Source of the DNA: Trichlorobacter lovleyi SZ
GTDB taxonomy: Bacteria > Desulfobacterota > Desulfuromonadia > Geobacterales > Pseudopelobacteraceae
Assembly (NCBI RefSeq): GCF_000020385.1
Contig: NC_010814.1
Span: 3,600,001-3,632,000, forward strand
Direction of reading: 5' to 3'
Length of the DNA: 32,000 bases
The notes below the pieces were generated by a model that did no database searches, was not told the origin of the DNA, and saw only the letters and a list, made by a program, of their open reading frames with translations. This document shows positions 1-9,300 of this stretch, one piece after another. Numbering within the stretch: the first letter of the stretch is position 1; each line of letters begins with the position of its first letter. The position numbers and the translations under genes are program-made.

Positions 1-1086
1 ACCTCATCCCGACATGCGGCGGCAATTCTGGAGCTCCTGACCGCAATCAGCCCGGAGGCCATACTGGCACACAGATCCGGCTGCGAATCACCAGCAGGGC
101 ATGCACTGATCGAACTTGACTACGCCCGACAGATCAGCCCCTCCGTAAGCGGTGCCGTTTTTTCCAGGGAAAACTCCTTTGGACCAGGCTCACGAAAGAG
201 CGAGTTTGGATATCGCATCCTGTCATCACTGGCCTCCCAGGGGTGGAACGTTGCGCTCTTGCCCTTAAAAGAGCTTTTCAGTTATACCACTCCCTGTCGG
301 CAGGATTTTGTGCTGGTGGATGTGGGGCTGTTCTGGAAGCTGCCGCCGCTTGAGCAGCTCCATGAGCTGCTTGCGTACCTGAAACGTCATTTTCGCAAGA
401 TCATCATCTTTGAACCGGACCCGTGGACCGGGTTCTATGATGAACTGTTGCGGTCAATTGCTGATCGTGTAGATTATATCTGGGGGTTCACCCCGGATTG
501 GGAATTGACACAAGATCCGTGCTACAGGGGTAAAAGCATCATGTTCCCCAATGTCGGCGGATTCGAACAGCTGGCGCCGCCGCACCGGCATGAGCTTGAC
601 TGGAACAGTTGCAGCTTCAACTTTACCGGCTCGGTACAGGGCTACAACCTGAACAGGGTCTACTGGATCCTTGAGGCGATCCGACGTAACCTGCCACTCG
701 AGGTCCAGATTACGAATCCAGGTGTTGATGACGGCCTGGACTGTGAAAGTTCACTGAAGCTGTACATCCGGAAGCTGCTCTCCTCCCATGCCTCACTTAA
801 CCTGGCAACGCGCAAGGATGGCTCACGGATGCTGACCGGCAGGGCGGTTGAGGTCATCAGCCTGAACCGGTTGCTGATTCAGGAATGGTGCCCCGCACTG
901 CGACGGTATTATGTTGAAGGAGAGCACTTTCTGGAGTTCAAAGAGATTGAGGGACTTGCCACCAGCATCCACTTCCTGGAATCACACCCCAGGGTTGCAC
1001 AGACAATCTGCTCCCAGGGACATCAGTTCTATCTGGAACGGTATTCGTGCCGGAAAATGGTAGAACATATCCAGACCCTGCTCTGA
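1..1086 (+). CDS. Glycosyltransferase-like protein, 5'-truncated by the window edge (CgeB / Glyco_trans_1_2-like C-terminal domain)
   Basis: Frame 1 has no stop from nt 1 to the TTG at 259 used by the ORF track, so the CDS most likely begins upstream of the window. Stop is TGA 1084-1086. The C-terminal segment (GRAVEVISLNRLLIQEW..YYVEGEHFLEF..HPRVAQTICSQGHQFYLERYS) follows the same pattern as the C-terminal halves of the CgeB-like domains in the next three genes (NMRxFEA..G.LLL....F..GE....Y......R..IA..G......Y). Confidence 0.6.
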   Translation, partial: TSSRHAAAILELLTAISPEAILAHRSGCESPAGHALIELDYARQISPSVSGAVFSRENSFGPGSRKSEFGYRILSSLASQGWNVALLPLKELFSYTTPCRQDFVLVDVGLFWKLPPLEQLHELLAYLKRHFRKIIIFEPDPWTGFYDELLRSIADRVDYIWGFTPDWELTQDPCYRGKSIMFPNVGGFEQLAPPHRHELDWNSCSFNFTGSVQGYNLNRVYWILEAIRRNLPLEVQITNPGVDDGLDCESSLKLYIRKLLSSHASLNLATRKDGSRMLTGRAVEVISLNRLLIQEWCPALRRYYVEGEHFLEFKEIEGLATSIHFLESHPRVAQTICSQGHQFYLERYSCRKMVEHIQTLL

Positions 1087-1097
1087 TATGGGGCAAA

Positions 1098-4000
1098 ATG
1101 CAATACCGTTACCTAGTCGCTCATGAGGTTCAAGTGCAGAAAGAAAACAACCAATTACATATCTGGCTGGCCTACGTAAACTACCCGATCACTACGGCCG
1201 TGTACCTGAAAAGGGCCTTGCAGCAGATGGGACATCAGGTCACCACCATTGGCCCACGCCTGCCGGAAAAGGCGATTGCCCTGTGGGGGCTTCAGAACAT
1301 GAAACTCCCGTTGGATCCTCAGGACATTGACACCTCCTTTACCCCTGATATGGCTGAAATATGGGAGTCGACACCGCCTGTAGAGCGCCCGGACCTGTAT
1401 CTCTGGGTGGAGTCGGTCAACGGACATAATCCGCAGAATCTGCAGCAGATTACCTGTCCCAAGGTCTGCTATCTGATCGATACCCATTACCATCTGGACC
1501 ATGCCATAGAGATTGCGCAGCACTTTGATTACGCCTTTATTGCCCAGTTGGTGGACCTGGAGGAATTCAGGACGCTACACCCGCAGGTTCACTGGCTGCC
1601 ACTGGCCTGCGACCCTGAAATCCATGGCAGGCAGACGGTCGCAAAGGAGTATGAGGTAAGCTTTGTCGGCGGCATGAATGAGCGCAGGGCAGCCCTGCTG
1701 GATCACCTGGCAAGCCGCTTCAATGTTCATCACGAGCGTTCCTTCTGGACCGATATGGCCCGCACCTTTTCCGCCACCCGGATCGTGCTGAATGATGCCA
1801 GTTATGACGACCTGAACATGCGCTTCTTTGAGGCGCTTGCCGCAGGCTCGCTGCTGCTCTCAAACCCGACCAGCGGCAGCGGACAGGACATCCTGTTTCA
1901 CGATGGCGCCGATTATGCCTGCCATCATGATCATGACCTGCTTGAGATAGTACAACGTTATCTGGACAACGAGCCACTGCGTGAACGGATTGCCGAGCAG
2001 GGCAGGCATCGGGTACTGGCTGCCCATACCTACCAGCACCGCATGGTTGACCTGCTTGAGGTCATCAGCGGCAGGAAACAGGATACCTTCTCAACCTTTG
2101 AACTGCGGGAGCGTTCCCATACTGGGCCTGTGTCACCAGAGGCGGCTACACCCGTGGACCAGCCCCGTATCCGTTCCATCATCTCAACACGCCACGTCAG
2201 CCAATGGCCTACCTTTCAGATGGTCCATGAGTGGGAGGACATCCTGGGCGCACAACTCGGGGTACCATTCCGACCGCTTGACGATTCATGCCTGCTGCCT
2301 GCCGGGGACGCGCCTGAACAAGGCTTTGACCTCCTGTTCCTGCCGCTGGCCAGCGAGCTTGCAGACTATGCCCGCAACCGCAGCCTGATCCCGATTGTCA
2401 TGGATCTGTGGCGGGACGGTTTTGAGGCCTTCATCCGCTGCGCCCCGCAGTTCAGACTGGTTTTTGTTACGAACCTGCAGGCCTACCAGGAACTTTCGCC
2501 GCAGCTCCCGAATCTGCGCTATCTGCCCTTTACGCTTGCAGACCAGTACCTTGACTGCACCCTGCCTGCCAAGGACATTGACATCATCCACTATGGACGG
2601 CGCAATCCGGTGCTGGATCAGTACCTGCACCAGTTCTTGCAGGATCACCCCGCTTGTCACGCCGTCATCACCGATAAGAGTGACAATGGCGAGGCGATCC
2701 TGATTCACTCGAACAGGTGGGGAAGCCTCGGGGTAAGCGACTCACGCAAGAAATTCATGGATCTGCTCTGCCGCAGCCGTATCAGCCTGGTTTCAACTGT
2801 GGGCATGGATGGTTCCCGCCAGACCGGCGGTATTGACCCGGTCAGCCCCCGTTTTCTTGAAAGCATGGCAGCCGGCTGCCATCTTGTCGGCCGGATTCCT
2901 GATAACCCCGAATTCAGGGACAGCGGTCTGTTCCGGCTCTGCCACCACGTTGACAGCTACCAGCAGTTTGAAAAGACCGTACTCGCCCTGCTTGCCGAAC
3001 CGGCCAATCAGCAACGGGACTACCGCCCGTTGCTGGCACAACGACTCACATCGTCACTGGTTCCGATCATACGTGCAGCCGTATCGTCACTGCACAATGA
3101 CTCAGACTCATACACGCCTACCGGGGGTATCATGCACTGTATCAATCCTCGCACTGATCTGGAAGACGGCCTTAAGACGCTCAAGGTGGTCGAGACGGAG
3201 AGGCCTTCATCCGCACAATTCAGCAACTATCAGGCCATGGCTGATGTGATTGCCTATCACCTTGAATTTCATGGCCTTGATTGCTTTGACCTCTTTAGCA
3301 CCATCCAAAATCAGCAAAAGCACCCCACTCAGGTGCTACTCATTGCCGCGTTGGAGCTATCATATCGAGGACAGCCTGATGCGGCCTGCTGCTTGGCATA
3401 CCGGGCCATGCAGATGAATCCAGCAGATAGCGATATTGCCTTATTTTATGCCGACCAGCTACGCAGGGCCGGCAGGTTGGGCGAAGCGAGGGCCATTGCC
3501 GCACAGCACACAACTCACGACACCGAGTTCAAGCTGTCACAAGCCGTTCTTGACACCTGCGAGATTGACGAGACCCTGCCACTGCGCCAAGAACACTATC
3601 ATGTGCTGCATGCGGCCCATACCCTGCTGCGGCCGCGTCGATACGTCGAAATCGGCATCTGCAGCGGCAAATCCCTTGCGCTTACCAAACTCGGGACCTC
3701 CGCCATTGGAGTCGACCCAATGACCGCCTGTGCTGATCAGCAGTTTTATAAATCACCCGAGAGTTCACCGGCGCTCTTTCAGATGACCAGCAATGATTTT
3801 TTTGAGCAGGCCCTGATGGAAAAAACCTGGAGTTCAGAGCCGTTTGATATGGCCTTCATTGATGGCCTGCACCTCTTTGAACAGGCCCTGATGGACTTCA
3901 TCCACCTGGAGCAGCGTGCCGCCCCGAACTCCATCATCTTCATGCACGACGGTCTGCCGGTCAATATTATTGGAGCTGAGCGGAAGCGTACCAGCATGGT

Positions 4001-4283
4001 CTGGACCGGCGATGTCTGGAAGGTGATCCTCTGCCTGAAAACCGTCCGTCCGGACCTCGATATCATCACCTTCCCGGTCAGACCGTCGGGGCTGACCATG
4101 ATACGAAAGCTGGACCGGAACTCAAAGCTGCTTGCAACACAGTTCGACACCCTGGTGGCCCACTTCATGGATGCAAAGCTCCCCGCTTCACTGCCTGAAC
4201 GGTTTCAGCTGCTCAAGGTAACCGACGAAGCGCCGGAGGTGACCCTGCAAAAAGTTGTCGCTCAGCAAGGAGCCTTTCAATAA
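1098..4283 (+). CDS. Multidomain protein: CgeB-like GT + second GT-B-like domain + TPR-like helices + C-terminal class I SAM methyltransferase fold
   Basis: Long ORF. The track start 1047 overlaps the upstream gene, and 1098 is the first in-frame ATG after the upstream TGA. ORF-track aa ~37-345 are paralogous to the N-terminus of the next CDS (LAYVNYPITTAVYLKRAL, PDLYLWVESVNGH, CYLIDTH, WLPLACDPEIH, SFVGG, LNMRFFEALAAGSLLLS, AHTYQHRM). aa ~385-690 form a second GT-B-like unit (IIHYGRRNP, SPRFLESMAAGCHLVG). aa ~735-830 are TPR-like. aa ~845-1078 have an MTase fold (YVEIGICSGKS, FIDGLH, VWTGDVWK). TAATG stop/start overlap with the next gene. Confidence 0.8.
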   Translation: MQYRYLVAHEVQVQKENNQLHIWLAYVNYPITTAVYLKRALQQMGHQVTTIGPRLPEKAIALWGLQNMKLPLDPQDIDTSFTPDMAEIWESTPPVERPDLYLWVESVNGHNPQNLQQITCPKVCYLIDTHYHLDHAIEIAQHFDYAFIAQLVDLEEFRTLHPQVHWLPLACDPEIHGRQTVAKEYEVSFVGGMNERRAALLDHLASRFNVHHERSFWTDMARTFSATRIVLNDASYDDLNMRFFEALAAGSLLLSNPTSGSGQDILFHDGADYACHHDHDLLEIVQRYLDNEPLRERIAEQGRHRVLAAHTYQHRMVDLLEVISGRKQDTFSTFELRERSHTGPVSPEAATPVDQPRIRSIISTRHVSQWPTFQMVHEWEDILGAQLGVPFRPLDDSCLLPAGDAPEQGFDLLFLPLASELADYARNRSLIPIVMDLWRDGFEAFIRCAPQFRLVFVTNLQAYQELSPQLPNLRYLPFTLADQYLDCTLPAKDIDIIHYGRRNPVLDQYLHQFLQDHPACHAVITDKSDNGEAILIHSNRWGSLGVSDSRKKFMDLLCRSRISLVSTVGMDGSRQTGGIDPVSPRFLESMAAGCHLVGRIPDNPEFRDSGLFRLCHHVDSYQQFEKTVLALLAEPANQQRDYRPLLAQRLTSSLVPIIRAAVSSLHNDSDSYTPTGGIMHCINPRTDLEDGLKTLKVVETERPSSAQFSNYQAMADVIAYHLEFHGLDCFDLFSTIQNQQKHPTQVLLIAALELSYRGQPDAACCLAYRAMQMNPADSDIALFYADQLRRAGRLGEARAIAAQHTTHDTEFKLSQAVLDTCEIDETLPLRQEHYHVLHAAHTLLRPRRYVEIGICSGKSLALTKLGTSAIGVDPMTACADQQFYKSPESSPALFQMTSNDFFEQALMEKTWSSEPFDMAFIDGLHLFEQALMDFIHLEQRAAPNSIIFMHDGLPVNIIGAERKRTSMVWTGDVWKVILCLKTVRPDLDIITFPVRPSGLTMIRKLDRNSKLLATQFDTLVAHFMDAKLPASLPERFQLLKVTDEAPEVTLQKVVAQQGAFQ

Positions 4284-6304
4284 TGCAGCAAGCTGCCTCC
4301 CCTACTGTCCTGTTGGCCTACGCCCCTTACCCGGTGACAACGGCGGTGTACCTCGAACGTGCGCTACGGAAAAGCTGCCGGGTAACCACCGTCGGACCGC
4401 TGTTTCCCGATGAAAAAATTGAGGAATGGCACCTGCAGAATCTGCGGGTACCGTTTTTCCAGCAGGATATTGTCAGCTCTCCAGAACCTGACATGGCCGA
4501 ACTACTGGCTGCCAACCCCTCCCTTGTACCTGATCTGTACCTGTGGGTGGAGTCGGTGGGCGGCCATTTCCCCCAGAATCTTGCCGCCCTCCCCTGCCCC
4601 AAGGCCTGCTATCTGGTTGATACCCACCTCAATCTGGACTGGCATCTGCAGTGGGCCGGGCAGTTTGACTTCATCTTCCTTGCCCAGCGGGAATACCTGG
4701 AACGCTTCAGGGCAGCGGGGCTCAACGCCCACTGGCTTCCGCTTGCCTGCGACCCGGAGATTCATAGCGCAGCCAACGTCGTGAAACAGCATGATCTCTC
4801 CTTTGTGGGCAGCCTGTCCCACAATCCCCGCCGCCAGGAGCTGCTGCGCCGGCTTGATGAGACCATCGGGGTCTATTGTGAACGTTGCTGGTGGGATGAT
4901 ATGGCCCAGGTCATCTCCTCGTCACGGATAACCTTCAACAGCGCCGTCAAAAACGACCTGAACATGCGTGTCTTCGAGGCACTCTCCATCGGCAGCCTGC
5001 TGCTGACCGACCCTGCCCCCAACAGTGGCCTGGAAACCCTGTTCGCGGATGGCGAAGATCTTGCCCTCTACCGCACCGATGGAGAACTGCTTGAAGTAGC
5101 TGATTTTTACCTCAGAAACGACCTGCTGCGGGAACAGATCGCCGCCAGGGGTCGTCAGATCGTCCATGCCGCCCACACCTATGACCACCGCATTGCAGAA
5201 CTGCTGGATGTCATGACCGGCAAGCGGGCAACCACCTCAACAGCGGAAGAGCTGCGGGCACGTTCCCTGGCGCCACTTTCTCCGCCCTTCAGCTCCATCA
5301 CCGGCAGCAGCATCGATCTCAGCAGCGCTTCCCGGAGCTTTGTGATCGCAGTCCTCGACTACTCACCGGCCAGCCAATACAATATTGCCACCCTCTTGCA
5401 GGATCTGGAGCAGATACCGGGCGATGTCCTGGTCATCTTCAACGACGAAGGGGTGGCTGCCGACCTGAAAGGGCATCCCCGCATCACCCGTTATGCCATC
5501 ATGAAGGAGAACGTCGGGGTGGCGCGGGCCTGGAACGTGGGTATCGAGATGGCCGCAACTCCCCATGTCTTTATCCTGAATGCCGACCTGCACCTGGAGC
5601 TTGACGCAGTTCGTGAAATGGAAGAGCGGCTCTGCGCACTTGAACGGGCCGCCTGTACCGGCCCGCAGGGATCATTTGTCAATTACCGCCTGACCAAAGA
5701 TTATCTCTACTTTGACAAAGGCACCTTTGACCAGCCGGTTGCCGTGGATGCGGTCTCCGGCTTTCTGTTCGCCGTCAAACGCAACCTGTTCGGACCCGGC
5801 GGACTGAAGTTTGAAAACGCCTACACCCCCTGCTACTTTGAAGAATGGGATCTGGGACTGCAGATCCGCCAACTCGGCCTGCAAAGCTGGATTGTCCCCA
5901 CCAGCGCCTACGAACATCACTGGGGTGGCAGCATCGCTGCCCGGCGTGAAATCAGCTGTATGGGACGGAGTGAATCAGCCCAGGAGATCCTGCAACGCAA
6001 CCGGGTCCTGTTCCTCGCCAAGTGGCGCAAGGCCGGTCATCTGCCGGAAAGCGGCTGGCGGAGCTTTGGTCCGGACTACGCCCTTACAATGCTACAGCAG
6101 GGCCAAACCGACCACGCCCGGGCCGTGATCCAGTCGCTGGCCATCAGTTATCCCGACATCCCCGAGGTACAGGCACTGGGCATCGGCCTGGCCCTGCAGG
6201 ACAACGATATGAAGATCGTAGCCGAGATCAGCAAACGACTGCACCGGACTGATCCCCGCTTTGATCTGGAAAAATTCCTGAAGAAGGCGGTGGCGCAACC
6301 ATGA
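4283..6304 (+). CDS. Bifunctional glycosyltransferase: CgeB-like GT domain + GT2 (GT-A) domain + short C-terminal helical/TPR-like tail
   Basis: 673-aa ORF. ATG 4283 shares its A with the upstream TAA. aa 1-315 carry the CgeB-like motifs (LLAYAPYPVTTAVYLERAL, PDLYLWVESVGGH, CYLVDTH, WLPLACDPEIH, SFVGS, LNMRVFEALSIGSLLLTD, AHTYDHRI). aa ~345-580 are GT2-like (FVIAVLDYSP, VLVIFNDEG, VARAWNVGIE, FILNADLH, EEWDLGLQ). Confidence 0.85.
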   Translation: MQQAASPTVLLAYAPYPVTTAVYLERALRKSCRVTTVGPLFPDEKIEEWHLQNLRVPFFQQDIVSSPEPDMAELLAANPSLVPDLYLWVESVGGHFPQNLAALPCPKACYLVDTHLNLDWHLQWAGQFDFIFLAQREYLERFRAAGLNAHWLPLACDPEIHSAANVVKQHDLSFVGSLSHNPRRQELLRRLDETIGVYCERCWWDDMAQVISSSRITFNSAVKNDLNMRVFEALSIGSLLLTDPAPNSGLETLFADGEDLALYRTDGELLEVADFYLRNDLLREQIAARGRQIVHAAHTYDHRIAELLDVMTGKRATTSTAEELRARSLAPLSPPFSSITGSSIDLSSASRSFVIAVLDYSPASQYNIATLLQDLEQIPGDVLVIFNDEGVAADLKGHPRITRYAIMKENVGVARAWNVGIEMAATPHVFILNADLHLELDAVREMEERLCALERAACTGPQGSFVNYRLTKDYLYFDKGTFDQPVAVDAVSGFLFAVKRNLFGPGGLKFENAYTPCYFEEWDLGLQIRQLGLQSWIVPTSAYEHHWGGSIAARREISCMGRSESAQEILQRNRVLFLAKWRKAGHLPESGWRSFGPDYALTMLQQGQTDHARAVIQSLAISYPDIPEVQALGIGLALQDNDMKIVAEISKRLHRTDPRFDLEKFLKKAVAQP

Positions 6305-9300
6305 CCCATCCCACTGCCCTGACACTGCCGTCACCGCCGTTCATGGACCCCCACGAGGTTGAGGCGTTTGCTCTTCTGCTGCGAGGCTTTAGCAACCCGC
6401 TTCAGGCATTTGAATGGGGCTCCGGTGCCAGCACCCTCTACTATGGCTCCCGGCTCCCGTTCGGCAGCTTCTGGCAGTCGGTCGAGCATGATGCAGAATG
6501 GCATCAGCATACCGCCCAGGAAGCTGCCCGGTGGGATGCGCACCGGATCGCCGTCAGACATGTCCCGCCGGATCGCATCTGGCACGATACCGGCGATGAT
6601 GGCGATTACGCCACCTTCAGGAACTATGTCCTTTTCCCCACCACCCTGGGCAGGCAGTTTGACCTGATCCTGGTGGATGGCCGTGCCCGGGTCGCCTGCA
6701 TGGCTGTCGGCTGGGAGCTGTTGCAGGATGACGGCGTCATGATCCTGCATGATGCCGAGCGTCCGGAATATCAGCCGGGCATTCCAACGGGCTGCTATCA
6801 GATCCGCCTGTCCGCCTATTCAGCCCGTGTCAACGGCCCGGTTGAACTCCTGCTGATGGCCAAGAAGGCTGATCTGCTGGTCAGGCTTGAGCGTCAGCTC
6901 CGTCGCAACATGCCACCTCAGGTCAGTATCGACAGCAACCTGCCGCCGGCAGCACCGGCGCCCCGGATACTGTTCCTCAACACCTACTACCAGGCGTTTA
7001 TGAACGGCCTGTATGCCCGGCAGCCGGAACTGGATACGCTCCCCTATTATCAGCAAAAGCGGGTCCTGATTGACAGCTGCTTCGGTGACAGCGACTTTTA
7101 TTCAACCGGCATGGCATCTGCCGGCTGGGAGGCTGACGAGTTGATCATCAATGCCTCCCGGCTTCAGGAGACCTGGGCCCGGGAGCAGGATTTCCCCGTG
7201 GACGATTGTAACGCCATCCTGCTGGAGCAGATTCGACGCTACCGTCCTGACGTGCTCTATCTGCAGGATCTCTCACCGGCGACCGAGGCATTCATTACTG
7301 CTGTACGCCCCTTTGTCCACTTGATTGTTGGCCAGATCGCCTCACCCATACCGGAACAGACCCATCTGCAGGGGTTTGACCTGATCATTTCATCCTTCCC
7401 CCATTTTGTGAAACAGTTTCGCAAAATGGGGATTACGGCTTATTATCAGCCTCTTGCCTTTGAACCACGCATACTAAATCGTTTACCGCAGGTGGTTCGA
7501 GAGATTCCGGTCAGCTTTGTTGGCGGCATCTCCCCCTACCATGGCACCGGTCTGACAGTTCTTGAGACAATAGCCAAAAGTATCCCGCTGGATGTGTGGG
7601 GCTATGGCGCCCAGGCCCTCCCGCCTGAGTCGCCGCTCAGACAGCGGCACCATGGCGAGGCCTGGGGATTGCAGATGTTTTCCCTGCTGGCCGGCTCCCG
7701 GATCACCCTCAATCGGCATATCGATGTTGCTGAAAATCATGCCAACAACATGAGGCTGTTTGAAGCCACCGGCTGCGGCGCCCTGCTGCTGACCGACTAC
7801 CGCGACAACCTTGGGGAGCTGTTCGAGATCGGCAGGGAGGTGGTGGCATACCGCAGTCCGGAAGAGGCGGTCTTACTGGCCCGCTATTATCAGCAACACC
7901 CCGAAGAGGCGGCAGCCATTGCCAGGGCCGGACAACAGCGTACCCTGCGGGACCACTCCTATCAGCGCCGCATGCACCAGACTGCGCAGATACTGGAACG
8001 GCATCTGCGCTATCGCACTGAACGCGAGCTTTATCCCACGGTTGATTATGCACGCATCAGCTATGGCTACAACAACCTGCAAAAGAACGAGGTACTGCCC
8101 GCCATGGAACAGGGCTGGCAGGATGCCGGCATTCCTGCCAAACAAAGGGCATTGGTGCAGCTTGAGCTTGAAGCCATGTACCACGGCCGGACACCACAGG
8201 TATTCCAGGTCCTTGCAGAATTGCTGCGACCCGTAGTAACGCCCGGCATGGAGCTGCTTGAGATCAGCTGCGCCAGCGGCTACTACTCTGAAGTTATTGA
8301 ATACCTGCTGTCCAGGCAGGTCAACTATACCGGTGTCGATTACTCCGAGGCAATGATCAGGATGGCACAGGATTATTATCCCGACCGGCGTTTCAGGGTG
8401 GCTGACGGAGCGGCACTCCCCTTTGCCGATCAGTCATTTCCGCTGGTTATTTCAGGCTGTGTCCTGTTGCACACCGCTGACTACAGCAGACATATTGCAG
8501 AAACCGCCCGGGTGGCACAGGAGTGGATCGTTGTCCATCGCACCCCGGTCTTTCGTTTACGGCCAACGCAATATCTCTCCAAACTGGCCTATGGCGTTGA
8601 AACCGTCGAAATGCGCTTTAACGAGCAGGAACTGCTGGGTCATTTTATGCAGCATGGTTTTGAGCTTTTACGGACCTTGACCTATGCGGAGCACCCGGAG
8701 GAAGATGGGTATGAAGTCAGCTACCTGCTCAAGCGCACCGGACCAGTCTCCGCTTCCAAAGACAAGCATAAACCGGCAATTCCGGCCAAATCCCCGAGTA
8801 TAGCCCCTAATCGCCAGGGGCCGGTTGTACTGGTATCCCGGGCAATAGCCTTTACCTTTCCCCTGGCCTATGCCTACCTTGCCGGACAGCTGCGTTCTCA
8901 GGGAGAAGAGGTCAAGCTGCTGTTTAAGGAGATGCCGTTTGAGCTGTTGGTGAAGCAGATCATGGCACTCAACCCACTGCTCGTTGGCTTCGGAAACCTG
9001 TATCCCGAACTGGAAGAAACCCGCAGACTGATCCGGATGCTGGATGAGGCGGGCAGAACATTTCCGATCGTGGTTGGCGGCCAGATGGTCAGCCCGATCC
9101 CGGAGTTTGCCGTCCGGATTACCGGAGCCGACTATGGTGTGATCGGCGAAGGGGAACTGATCCTTGCCGAACTGGTCACGAGGCTGAGAAACGGCAGTGA
9201 TGTTTCTGATCTGAAAGGCCTTGTCATCAGAGAGGGCGAGGATATACGCAACAACGGTCCCGGGGCCTGTATTGAAAATCTTTCAACCGGCCTGCCGCCA

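Noticed and set aside
1047-1097. Track start codon 1047 for the 1078-aa ORF, which overlaps the upstream gene by 40 nt.
   Set aside because: The homologous region shared with the paralog at 4283 only begins about 37 codons in. The first ATG after the upstream stop (1098) gives a non-overlapping gene. The start remains uncertain because no strong RBS precedes either candidate.
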